This document shows, piece by piece, positions 36,589 to 45,478 of a DNA stretch of 64,000 bases. The notes beneath the pieces are model-generated. The model was not told the DNA's origin, did no database searches, and saw nothing but the letters and a program-made list of their open reading frames with translations. The stretch comes from an uncultured Bacteroidales bacterium. Its GTDB lineage: Bacteria > Bacteroidota > Bacteroidia > Bacteroidales > UBA932. Where the stretch lies: contig CAMJBH010000002.1 of NCBI GenBank assembly GCA_946403855.1, forward strand, positions 27,063 to 91,062, given 5' to 3'. Position numbers and translations under genes: made by a program. Position 1 is the first letter of the stretch. Each line of letters begins with the position of its first letter.

Positions 36589-37017
36589 ATGGCAGCACAT
36601 TATGAAAGCAAGCACGGTTCCGTGGCTATCCCCAGGGAGCAGTTGTACATGAGTTTCACCGACTTGCGCATGCTTACCCAGGCCATTCCAGAACAATATA
36701 GAGATTCCGTTACGGCCGACTACGACCACCTTTCCGCCACGGTGCAGGGATTCACCATCTCTGTCAAAGTGGCAGAGCGTCAGCCGTACAGCTTGATACG
36801 TATTGAGGACGACAGCGCCCCCTTCCACTTTACTCTCATAGCTCATTTCGACCCGTCCCCCGAAGGGACCGATTTCAGCCTAGAGGTGGACGCGGACCTT
36901 AATCTCATGATGAAGGCGCTGCTGGGCGGCAAAATTAAAGACGGACTGGACAAGGCTGTTGACGCTCTGGTGGCCCTTTCCCACGGCAAGAAACCCGATT
37001 TCCCCGGAGAAGTATGA
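36589..37017 (+). CDS. SRPBCC/CoxG-like family protein
   Basis: Size and pattern (LYMSFTDL..., beta strands, C-terminal helix LNLMMKALLGGKIKDGL). Confidence 0.7.
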   Translation: MAAHYESKHGSVAIPREQLYMSFTDLRMLTQAIPEQYRDSVTADYDHLSATVQGFTISVKVAERQPYSLIRIEDDSAPFHFTLIAHFDPSPEGTDFSLEVDADLNLMMKALLGGKIKDGLDKAVDALVALSHGKKPDFPGEV

Positions 37018-38162
37018 TTCCAGAGGGCGTCCCGGTATCTATTCGTCTCAATCCTTTCAAGGGCCTTGACGGGCCCGAAGGGAAGCAGGTACCGTGGAGT
37101 CCCTATGGGATGCTGCTTGAAAGCCGTCCCTCATTCACGACCGATCCGCTTTTCCATGCCGGCTGCTATTATGTGCAGGACTCTTCCGCCATGTTCCCCG
37201 GCCATCTGCTGCGGCGCGAACTGGCCCGCATGGGAAACCCTTCGAACCTTAGGGTGCTAGACCTGTGCGCAGCCCCGGGCGGCAAGACCACAGACCTTGC
37301 GGCATCGCTGAGAGAAGTCTGCGGCGATGCTTTTACGCTCATTTCCAACGAAGTGATTCGTCAGCGCGCCTCCGTGCTGGCGCAGAATGCCGCCATCTGG
37401 GGCGATCCGGCGGTGACGGTTATATCCGCTGATCCCTCGCTCATCGGGGCGGAACTTCCGGGCTTCTTCGACATAATCCTTGCCGACGTGCCATGCAGCG
37501 GCGAAGGAATGTTCCGCAAGGACCCCAGGGCGCGGGAGGAATGGAGCCCCGAACTGGTGGACTTGTGCGCCGCCCGCCAGAAACGCATACTGTCCGATGT
37601 CTGGCCTGCCCTCCGCGAAGGCGGCGTGCTCATCTATTCCACATGCACCTACGAAGATGCCGAGAACGACTGCAACCTGCGATGGGCGGCTGAAACTCTG
37701 GGCGGCCGCATACTGGATCCCGAAGAAGGCTTTGCTGCCTACGGAGTGAAAGTTACGGACTGCGGCAACCTGCTCCGGGACGGAGAAGTGCCCGGTGAAG
37801 GCCAGTGGGCCGGCGCCCTTGTCAAGACTTCGGCAGCCGGAACCTGCCGGTATCCGGACCTGTCCCGCTTCAGGGCGCTCTGGCACGGCGCCCCGGCTCC
37901 TGAGGCCAAGGGAAAAGACCTTGTGCCCCATCCGGACAGCGCCCTGAGCATATTTTTCGACAAACATTCATATCCTTGTGCGGAACTGGACCTGAGCACG
38001 GCCCTGCATTTCCTGCACCGGGACTCCATTGTACTGCCCGATGCTCCCCTGGGCTACAATGTGGTGACCTTCAGGGGACATCCGCTGGGATTCGTGAAGA
38101 ACCTGGGGAAGAGATGCAACAACCTTCATCCCGCAGGGCGGAGAATATTGAAAGACGTATGA
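37014..38162 (+). CDS. rRNA m5C methyltransferase, RsmF/NOL1/NOP2 family
   Basis: YYVQDSSAM, VLDLCAAPGGKTT, DVPCSGEGMFRK, LIYSTCT. Confidence 0.92.
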   Translation: MIPEGVPVSIRLNPFKGLDGPEGKQVPWSPYGMLLESRPSFTTDPLFHAGCYYVQDSSAMFPGHLLRRELARMGNPSNLRVLDLCAAPGGKTTDLAASLREVCGDAFTLISNEVIRQRASVLAQNAAIWGDPAVTVISADPSLIGAELPGFFDIILADVPCSGEGMFRKDPRAREEWSPELVDLCAARQKRILSDVWPALREGGVLIYSTCTYEDAENDCNLRWAAETLGGRILDPEEGFAAYGVKVTDCGNLLRDGEVPGEGQWAGALVKTSAAGTCRYPDLSRFRALWHGAPAPEAKGKDLVPHPDSALSIFFDKHSYPCAELDLSTALHFLHRDSIVLPDAPLGYNVVTFRGHPLGFVKNLGKRCNNLHPAGRRILKDV

Positions 38163-39082
38163 GAAAATTGACCTTTATAGCTGCGCTGCTTGCCGGCGCT
38201 GCACTGTATGCCCAGACTCCCGCATCTGAATACGCCGCCCGTTATGAGCGCCAGGTGAGGAATGTGGGCGCCGCCGGAGTGGGCGTGGAGACCATTCTGG
38301 ACCGTTGGGAGGCCGACTGGCCCGAAGACCCGGCAATGTTTGAAGGACGCAGCAAATTCTATCTGGCCAAGTCGCTGAGCACTACAGTGGTGCCCAAGGA
38401 CATGACAAAATACCTCGGCAACCAGCCCGTGCTCACGCTCAAAGACAGCCTGGGACGCGATGTGCGGTATTTCGAAGAAAACAATTTCGTGGATTCTCTG
38501 TTTGCCCTTTCGCAGACTGCCATAGACAGGGCCGTGGCCCTGAGCCCTTCCGAACTTGCCTACCGGGTGGACAAAATCACAGCCCTCATGCTGTACGAGA
38601 AAGACTCTCCCGACCTTGCCACAGCAGAGCTTCTGAAACTCATTTCGTACAACAAATCCGAAAAGCCGTCCTGGACATATTACGGCATGGCCGTGGACGA
38701 GAGCACTTTCATTTCCACCATACAGGAGTATTGCTATAATTTCTTCAAATATGCCACTCCGGGGTCTTACGAGGCGTTCAAAACCATTTCGGAAACGATG
38801 CTGAAGGCCTATCCCTCCGAGACCTCGTTCATGAACAATATGGGGTCTTACTGGCTGATGTACAAAAAGAAATCTAAGCAGGCGCTGAAGTGGTACAACA
38901 AGGTTCTGAAAATAGATCCCAAAGACTATAATGCGGCCAACAACTGTGTTGTGCTGGCACGGAACGACAAAAACGTGAAGCTGGAAAAGAAGTATCTGCC
39001 CTATCTGATAGATGCCACGGACTCTGAAACCGAGCGGGCGACCTGCCAGGCCCGGCTGTCGGCGCTCCAACAAAAGAAATAG
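38159..39082 (+). CDS. Secreted TPR-like protein
   Basis: Signal peptide after ATG 38159; TPR-like ALKWYNKVLKIDPKDYNA. Confidence 0.75.
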   Translation: MRKLTFIAALLAGAALYAQTPASEYAARYERQVRNVGAAGVGVETILDRWEADWPEDPAMFEGRSKFYLAKSLSTTVVPKDMTKYLGNQPVLTLKDSLGRDVRYFEENNFVDSLFALSQTAIDRAVALSPSELAYRVDKITALMLYEKDSPDLATAELLKLISYNKSEKPSWTYYGMAVDESTFISTIQEYCYNFFKYATPGSYEAFKTISETMLKAYPSETSFMNNMGSYWLMYKKKSKQALKWYNKVLKIDPKDYNAANNCVVLARNDKNVKLEKKYLPYLIDATDSETERATCQARLSALQQKK

Positions 39083-39086
39083 GATT

Positions 39087-40334
39087 ATGCACGGATGGGT
39101 GATAACAGCTTGCGTCTTGCTGGCACTGGCGGCCTATATTGTTTGGCTTGCCAGCGCCCCGGAGATCTCTCCTCTTGTGGATGAGGAGGTGAAGGCGAAG
39201 CTATTGGAATCTGTCCCTGAGCATGGGCCCGACGGTAACGACGTTGAGGTATTCACCGGATTCGACCCCATGTTGCGCGCTATCGAAAAAGACGTGGCCG
39301 GAGCCCAAAGTTATGTGCACCTGATGTTTTTCAAATACGAAGACGATCCGGTGGGAAGGGCCCTTGCGGACCTTCTCGCCACCAAGGTGTCCCATGGCGT
39401 TGAGGTGCGCTTGATGATAGATTCCGCCGTTAATATGGGACGGCGCAAGCTTTACAGCGACATGCGTGAGCGCGGCATCCAGGTAAGGGAATTCAGCCGC
39501 TTGCACATTCCTTTCCTCCGCAAGACCGACAATTACCGGAACCACCGGAAAATAGTTGTGGTGGACGGAAAAGTGGCCTATGTGGGAGGAATGAACATAG
39601 CCGAACGCTACGGCAAGGGCCTTGAATGGGGCTGCTGGCGAGATACCCAGATACGTATCCAGGGGCCTGCGGCCTTAGATTGTGAACTTGCATTTGCCAT
39701 GGACTGGAGCCGCGAAGATGCTCCCGGGACAGTTCCCGAACTGGCTTCCTCGAAGTATTATCCTCCGGTACAGGCTTCCGGCAGCGTCGATGTCGAAATG
39801 CTCTGCTCCGGACCTTTCGGCGAAGGACCAGTGATAATGCACCGTATATGCCGCATGCTCGATTCGGCCCGCGACTATGCCTGGCTCGAGTCGCCATACC
39901 TCATCCCCACCAAGGAAATCATGGCCTCTGTCTGCAATGCGGCGCGGCGCGGCGTGGACGTCCGCATCATCATTCCGCCCCGCGGAGACAGGGGCGTACT
40001 CACCCCGCTCGCCACCAAGGCCCATGTACAGGCATTCCTGGATGCTGGGGTGAAGGTGGCGACGTACAACAGCGGCTACATGCATTCCAAAACCATCGTG
40101 TCCGACGACCGTTACGTCACCGTCGGATCCACCAACATAGACGTGCGCAGTTACATACTCGATCTGGAGATAAATGCTTTCATGGACGATGAGCCTTTGG
40201 CTCTGCACATGAAGCAAATATTCCTCCAGTACGAGTCCGAATCAACATATATAGACCCCAAGGCGTGGCCCAAGCGTTCTTTTGCCGAAAAAGCTGCGGA
40301 AGCCTTTGCCAAATTGTTTTCATTTGAATTGTAA
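39087..40334 (+). CDS. cls: Cardiolipin synthase-like phospholipase D
   Basis: Two HKD motifs (RNHRKIVVVD, MHSKTIVSD), GGMNI, WRDTQ, GSTNID. Confidence 0.88.
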   Translation: MHGWVITACVLLALAAYIVWLASAPEISPLVDEEVKAKLLESVPEHGPDGNDVEVFTGFDPMLRAIEKDVAGAQSYVHLMFFKYEDDPVGRALADLLATKVSHGVEVRLMIDSAVNMGRRKLYSDMRERGIQVREFSRLHIPFLRKTDNYRNHRKIVVVDGKVAYVGGMNIAERYGKGLEWGCWRDTQIRIQGPAALDCELAFAMDWSREDAPGTVPELASSKYYPPVQASGSVDVEMLCSGPFGEGPVIMHRICRMLDSARDYAWLESPYLIPTKEIMASVCNAARRGVDVRIIIPPRGDRGVLTPLATKAHVQAFLDAGVKVATYNSGYMHSKTIVSDDRYVTVGSTNIDVRSYILDLEINAFMDDEPLALHMKQIFLQYESESTYIDPKAWPKRSFAEKAAEAFAKLFSFEL

Positions 40335-40339
40335 TAGTT

Positions 40340-41047
40340 ATGGAGACCAAGCAAGCCCAACGAATACAAACATCTGTCCTGAATGCTTCCGAGCGCAAAC
40401 TGCTCATATGGCTGGCAGAGCGTCAGCCGCGCTGGATGACTTCCGACGGACTCACTTTAATCGGCACCATCGGCGCTGCAATTACCGGCATCGGCTTCGT
40501 GCTGTCCGACCTTGACATTCGCTGGCTTTGGCTCAGCTCGTTCGGACTCTTGGTGAACTGGTACGGCGATTCCCTCGACGGCACTCTTGCCCGCGTAAGG
40601 AAAACGCAGCGCCCTGTGTATGGGTACTATCTCGACCACACGATAGACTGCGTCAACGAGAGCCTTATGTTTATAGGGGCAGGCCTGTCGCACTTGGTGC
40701 GACTGGACCTTACCCTGTTCGCTTATATTATTTATCTGTTCCTCACGATCAACGTGAGCATAAACGCACACCTGAAAGGGGAGTTCCGCCTCACCTATGC
40801 CAAGATGGGACCCACGGAGTTTCGGCTGCTCATGGTGATTGTGAACACCATCATGATCGCCGTTCCTGCCCTGCAGGCTTTCAGCTGTAACTTATGCCTG
40901 TTCGGCCGTCCGGTTGAACTCAGAACATTCGATTTCCTGGCCGTGGCGATTATCGTGATCCTTGGCCTGATGTACGTGGTGACCATCATCTCCGATGCCC
41001 GCCAGTACGCCAAGGCCGACCCGCCCAAGAAATACGAGGACTCTTAG
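40340..41047 (+). CDS. CDP-alcohol phosphatidyltransferase
   Basis: DSLDGTLARVR....YGYYLDHTID motif. Confidence 0.9.
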   Translation: METKQAQRIQTSVLNASERKLLIWLAERQPRWMTSDGLTLIGTIGAAITGIGFVLSDLDIRWLWLSSFGLLVNWYGDSLDGTLARVRKTQRPVYGYYLDHTIDCVNESLMFIGAGLSHLVRLDLTLFAYIIYLFLTINVSINAHLKGEFRLTYAKMGPTEFRLLMVIVNTIMIAVPALQAFSCNLCLFGRPVELRTFDFLAVAIIVILGLMYVVTIISDARQYAKADPPKKYEDS

Positions 41048-43314
41048 CGTTCCACGTCGATAGACGCTTTGAATATCTTCCCGCTGAACAGGAAGGGGGA
41101 TTCGTAGTCTTCGTTGACCGGCAGACCCCACTGGCGTCCTATGTTGAGGGCGTTTGCCTTGGGCGCAATCAAAAGCTTGGCTCCGGTGGTCATGCTTCCC
41201 ACCTTCTCGCCATCCACGAGCAGTGTGGCCTTGGTCTTCTTGTCGGCATAGTCTATTTTTACCGTAACCACGCTTGAGCCTTCGGGCAACGCTTTGCTGC
41301 TCACTATTTTGGAACCGTTGACGGAGGCATACACGGGATATCCGTCAAGCACATACAGAGCCCATCCCTTTTGGGATGCAAGTATTCCGTTTGCAGCGGG
41401 GCCGGCTTCGTCTATATAAATACTCATGGTGTAAGGCTTGCCCTGACTTCCGTCGCCATAGGGATATTCGCCCCAGCTGCGCGCTCCCACGTAAACATCG
41501 TAGTGACTGCGTGTGATTTGGGGATAGTTGGGGTCGGCATCCTTTCCGTTCTTGAGGGGGTATATGTTGTATTTGCGGGCCAGCTTGTCGAACTCCTTGA
41601 GCATTTTCTTCACCTTGGCCGGGTACTGGGCTGCAAGGTCGTGGGACTCGTTGAAGTCTTCACGGAGATTGTAGAGGTGGACGTCGGTGTCGGGGTAGAA
41701 TCCACGCACCTGTTTGTTCACCGCACCATTGGGGAACTGTACTTTCCAGCCGTCCTTGTACAGGGCGTAGGAGGCGTTCATCTCGTAGTACTGTACCGTC
41801 TTGCGGTCGGTGATGTTATTGTCGGGGGATTTGACGGCATAGGCGAAGCTGACGCCTTCCAGAGGGGTCTGCTTGTAGCCGTTGATGGTGCCGGGCATGG
41901 TGCTTCCGGTGAGTTCCAGAGTGGTGGGCAGGAAGTCCACGACGTGAGTGTACTGGGTGCGGATGCCGCCTTTTTCGAGTCCGCCGTTGGGATAGAACAC
42001 AATTAGGCCGTCGCGGGTGCCGCCTTCGTAGTCTGCCCATTTTTTATAGTAACGGAAAGGGGTTGCGCAGGCCTGGGCCCAGCCCACGGGGTAGAAGGGC
42101 CAGGTGCGCTCGTCGCCGTAGTGGTCCATTTTGGCGATCTCGCCGTCCAGAAGGGCCCTTTCCTTGGACGGATGATATGCCTCTTTGTAGCCAATTCGGC
42201 CGCCCTCTCCGGAGGGACCGTTATCGCCGAGCGCTACCATGATGATGGTGTTGTCAAGCATGCCGCTGCGCCTCAGGAACTCCACGATACGGCCGATTTC
42301 GTAGTCGGTGTGGGTCATGAATCCGGCGAAAGTCTCCATCTGACGGGCATACAGGGCACGTTCGTCTGCCGGTATCGTGCTCCAGTCCTGTACGTCTAAG
42401 TTTGGAATGGGGAGCTCGGTCCCTTCGGGCACTATGCCCATGCGTATCTGGTTCTCAAGTGTCTTGCGGGCATATTCGTGCCACCCGTCGTCGAACTTTC
42501 CCTTGTACATATCGATCCATTCTTTATCGACATGGAAAGGGGTGTGAGCCGTACCGGGGGCGAAGTACAGGAAGAAGGGCTTGTCGGGAGCGGCTGTCTT
42601 TTGTTCTGCTATGTAGTTGATGGCCTCGTCGGCGAGACGTGTCGTAGCTACGCGTCCTTGTGGGTCTTCCGGCTCGCGGTGAGTGTCGTGGTACATGAGG
42701 GGATGCCACTGGTCTCCGGATCCGGAGGCGGGGTTGAAGCCGTAGTAGTGGTCGAAGCCGCGTCCCGTGGGCCAGCGGTTGAAGGGACCGGCGTTGGTAC
42801 CGTCAACGACGGGGATGGCATTGTATTTACCGACGCAGAATGTGGCGTAGCCATTCTCGCGCAGCACCTCTGCGATGGTACCGTTCTCCATTGGAAGATA
42901 GGTATCATAGCCAGGGGCGCCGTATTTGTCGTCGTTGAAACGTCCCATGTGGGAAGAATGGTGATTGCGGCCTGTGAGAATGGCAGCCCTGGTGGCAGCG
43001 CTTATGGACGCTGTGTGGAAGTTGTTGAATCTCAGACCGTTTTCGGCAAGATAGTCAAAGGTGGGGGTCTCTACCAGGCCTCCGAAGCAGGAACTGACTC
43101 CGAATCCGGTGTCGTCGAGGAGTATCCATATCACATTGGGCGCGCCCAGCCTAGCCACGGGGTTGTGGGCGGGATAGTCGGTCTTGGTGTCTTCTACGGT
43201 TTTGCCGATTTTCCCTTTGAACGGAGCGACAGGACTGTGCTGGGCCAAGAGAGTGGCGGGAACGAGCAGGGCTCCAGAGGCGGCCAGACCGCCGATGATT
43301 CTTGTCTTGTTCAT
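41044..43314 (-). CDS. Secreted Ser-type arylsulfatase (S1 family)
   Basis: PNVIWILLDDTG, S-A-A-T-R signature (SAATRAAILTG), GFDHYYG, DNG, EGGTR. Confidence 0.9.
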   Translation of the reverse strand: MNKTRIIGGLAASGALLVPATLLAQHSPVAPFKGKIGKTVEDTKTDYPAHNPVARLGAPNVIWILLDDTGFGVSSCFGGLVETPTFDYLAENGLRFNNFHTASISAATRAAILTGRNHHSSHMGRFNDDKYGAPGYDTYLPMENGTIAEVLRENGYATFCVGKYNAIPVVDGTNAGPFNRWPTGRGFDHYYGFNPASGSGDQWHPLMYHDTHREPEDPQGRVATTRLADEAINYIAEQKTAAPDKPFFLYFAPGTAHTPFHVDKEWIDMYKGKFDDGWHEYARKTLENQIRMGIVPEGTELPIPNLDVQDWSTIPADERALYARQMETFAGFMTHTDYEIGRIVEFLRRSGMLDNTIIMVALGDNGPSGEGGRIGYKEAYHPSKERALLDGEIAKMDHYGDERTWPFYPVGWAQACATPFRYYKKWADYEGGTRDGLIVFYPNGGLEKGGIRTQYTHVVDFLPTTLELTGSTMPGTINGYKQTPLEGVSFAYAVKSPDNNITDRKTVQYYEMNASYALYKDGWKVQFPNGAVNKQVRGFYPDTDVHLYNLREDFNESHDLAAQYPAKVKKMLKEFDKLARKYNIYPLKNGKDADPNYPQITRSHYDVYVGARSWGEYPYGDGSQGKPYTMSIYIDEAGPAANGILASQKGWALYVLDGYPVYASVNGSKIVSSKALPEGSSVVTVKIDYADKKTKATLLVDGEKVGSMTTGAKLLIAPKANALNIGRQWGLPVNEDYESPFLFSGKIFKASIDVER

Positions 43315-43317
43315 TCT

Positions 43318-44454
43318 TTATTTGACTTTTACTGTTTGTGCCGGATCGACTTTGGCTATGAATAGCGTGGGGATGAGCATCAGCAGCAAAATGACTCCGA
43401 AGGCGGCGGCATTTGCTGCCAGAATGAGCGGAAGGTCAATATGTACCGGGACGAACGATACGAAATAATTTGCAGGATTGAGCTTTATCAAATGTGTAGC
43501 CCCCTGAATGGCGCAGAACAGCAGGGCGGCGCCGTTTCCTGCCAGCATGCCCGCGAGCACGATGCGCGAGGCGACTCTCATGAACACGGAAGCCATGGAT
43601 TTGTTGCTCATGCCAAGACTCTTGAGCGTGCCTATCGTGGAGATGTTGCGGAACAGCAGGATAAGCAGTCCGGAAATCATGTTGAAGCCAGCCACCACGG
43701 TCATGAGCAGGATAATGGCCAGGACGTTGAAGTCTATGAGGTCCAGCCAGTCGAAGAGCTGGGGATAGCGGCGCCGGGCAGTTTCTGCACGCAGAATGTC
43801 CTCGTCTTCCAAGTGGTTGCCTATGGAAATAAGATAGAGATGTTCTGCCAAGGACGACGCGGACTGGGCGTAGGACGGATCGAGCTTGACTTCCAGCGCA
43901 CTTGCCTGGTCTGCCTCCCACGAGCACAGGCGCTGCATGTCGGAAAGCGGCACTGTGATTATCATGGAGCCGTCGGAGTCCATGATGCCTTCGTAGGTCC
44001 CGGCCACCGTGAAACGGCGTGCGCGCACCTTGTCTTCCACGAAGTAGGTGATGAATGAGTCGCCTTCGGATAGCTTGAGCCGCTTGGCCAGGGTCAGCGG
44101 AATGTTTGCCGAGAGCGAGCAGGAGTCGGGCATGGGGACACCTTTCACCAGCACTCCGCAAATGTCATCTTCGCCCTTTACTATCGCGGGCTTCCATATC
44201 ACCGGCTCAATGGACTTTATGCCCTTGACATCCAGCATTTTGTCGTAATATGACGGCCTTGTGTCCACGGGCTCCGAGGATCCTTTGAGCATAATGTCGC
44301 CGGAGATGTCCGACAAGCCTTTCCTGATCTCGTACCTGAATCCGGAAGACACTGATATGGACAGCACTATCACGAAGAAAGAGAGAGCCGTGGCCACCAT
44401 GGCAAGGCGGCCGGAAAAACGCAACTTGCGGGCTATGAAGCTGGCGGCTTTCAT
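43318..44454 (-). CDS. ABC transporter permease, LolC/LolE (FtsX-like) family
   Basis: N-terminal TM, periplasmic domain, VAGFNMISGLLIL..IGTLKSLG, three C-terminal TMs. Confidence 0.85.
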   Translation of the reverse strand: MKAASFIARKLRFSGRLAMVATALSFFVIVLSISVSSGFRYEIRKGLSDISGDIMLKGSSEPVDTRPSYYDKMLDVKGIKSIEPVIWKPAIVKGEDDICGVLVKGVPMPDSCSLSANIPLTLAKRLKLSEGDSFITYFVEDKVRARRFTVAGTYEGIMDSDGSMIITVPLSDMQRLCSWEADQASALEVKLDPSYAQSASSLAEHLYLISIGNHLEDEDILRAETARRRYPQLFDWLDLIDFNVLAIILLMTVVAGFNMISGLLILLFRNISTIGTLKSLGMSNKSMASVFMRVASRIVLAGMLAGNGAALLFCAIQGATHLIKLNPANYFVSFVPVHIDLPLILAANAAAFGVILLLMLIPTLFIAKVDPAQTVKVK

Positions 44455-44455
44455 C

Positions 44456-45478
44456 TTAAGGGCAGATATGGTGATAACGCTTGGAGTAGGTGAATATCTG
44501 GCGGACGAACCCCACGGTTTCCCGGCCGTTGAAGCGTCCGTGCTTTATGTGCCCGAGTGCGGCGACCGAATCGTCCTGCATCTGCGGAATGACGGATGCT
44601 ACGTTTTCCCAGTATGCCACGTCTTTGTGCATGTGACGTGCATGGTTGATGCAGTCTTTCAGGCGGCCGCTGCCAGCATTATAAGCTGCGAGGGTGAACT
44701 TGGTGAGTTCTTCTTCGTTGGCTGCCAGGCCTTTGTAGCGTTCGCGCAGAGCCAGCAGCATCTTGGCCCCGGCCGCTATGCTACTCTCGGGGTCGAGAAT
44801 GTCGGTGCATCCGAAATGCCGCGCCGTGTCGGGCAGCAGCTGCATGAGTCCGGCGGCTCCTGCCTGGGAACGGGCTTCGATGCGGAATTTAGATTCCTGG
44901 TAAATGAGTGCTGCAAGCAGCTTCCAATCCCATCCCAGGGTGTCTGCGTAGGCCCTTATCAAAGAATCGTAAGGGGAGATAAAGTCGGCGCTGACCCGCT
45001 TCAGCGGATTGTAAAGGTCGAAATATGGCTGCCGTACTATTGCGTAATCGGGGGCTTTGCGGTACTTTTTGAACCATGAAGCGGCATCGGATGCCGCGTC
45101 GGACGCCTCAGCACTGAAAACCCACAGTCCGCAGCTGTCGGTGCCGATGGTCACAAGCGTGCTGTCGGGTGGCAGCGAGTCGATGTATGGAAGGACCACT
45201 ATGTCCAGGTTCCCGTTGCGGAGCGAGTCCAGCGCCGCCTCTCTGCTACGGGCCAGACTGATTGCCGCAGGCCTTTTGTGGCTTTCGGCAAAACGTCTGA
45301 GCAGCATGTGGTTATAGCCGCAGAGCAGGGTAGCGCTTCCCGACTCCCGTCCTTCCAGGCTGATTTCACATTCCACCGGTGCCGCGCCGTGATTCCGCTC
45401 GCGTTCTTTGCATGACACAAAGCACGCAAGCAGCACGCACGCAAGCGCGCAGAGCCTAATGAGCCCCGTGCGACTCAT
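44456..45478 (-). CDS. Lytic transglycosylase (SLT, MltF-like) lipoprotein
   Basis: LAALIYQESKF, GAAGLMQL, LAAYNAG, ET motifs. Confidence 0.88.
   Translation of the reverse strand: MSRTGLIRLCALACVLLACFVSCKERERNHGAAPVECEISLEGRESGSATLLCGYNHMLLRRFAESHKRPAAISLARSREAALDSLRNGNLDIVVLPYIDSLPPDSTLVTIGTDSCGLWVFSAEASDAASDAASWFKKYRKAPDYAIVRQPYFDLYNPLKRVSADFISPYDSLIRAYADTLGWDWKLLAALIYQESKFRIEARSQAGAAGLMQLLPDTARHFGCTDILDPESSIAAGAKMLLALRERYKGLAANEEELTKFTLAAYNAGSGRLKDCINHARHMHKDVAYWENVASVIPQMQDDSVAALGHIKHGRFNGRETVGFVRQIFTYSKRYHHICP

Noticed and set aside
41044-43314. Ser instead of Cys at the sulfatase active site
   Set aside because: Ser-type sulfatases are normal in Bacteroidales.
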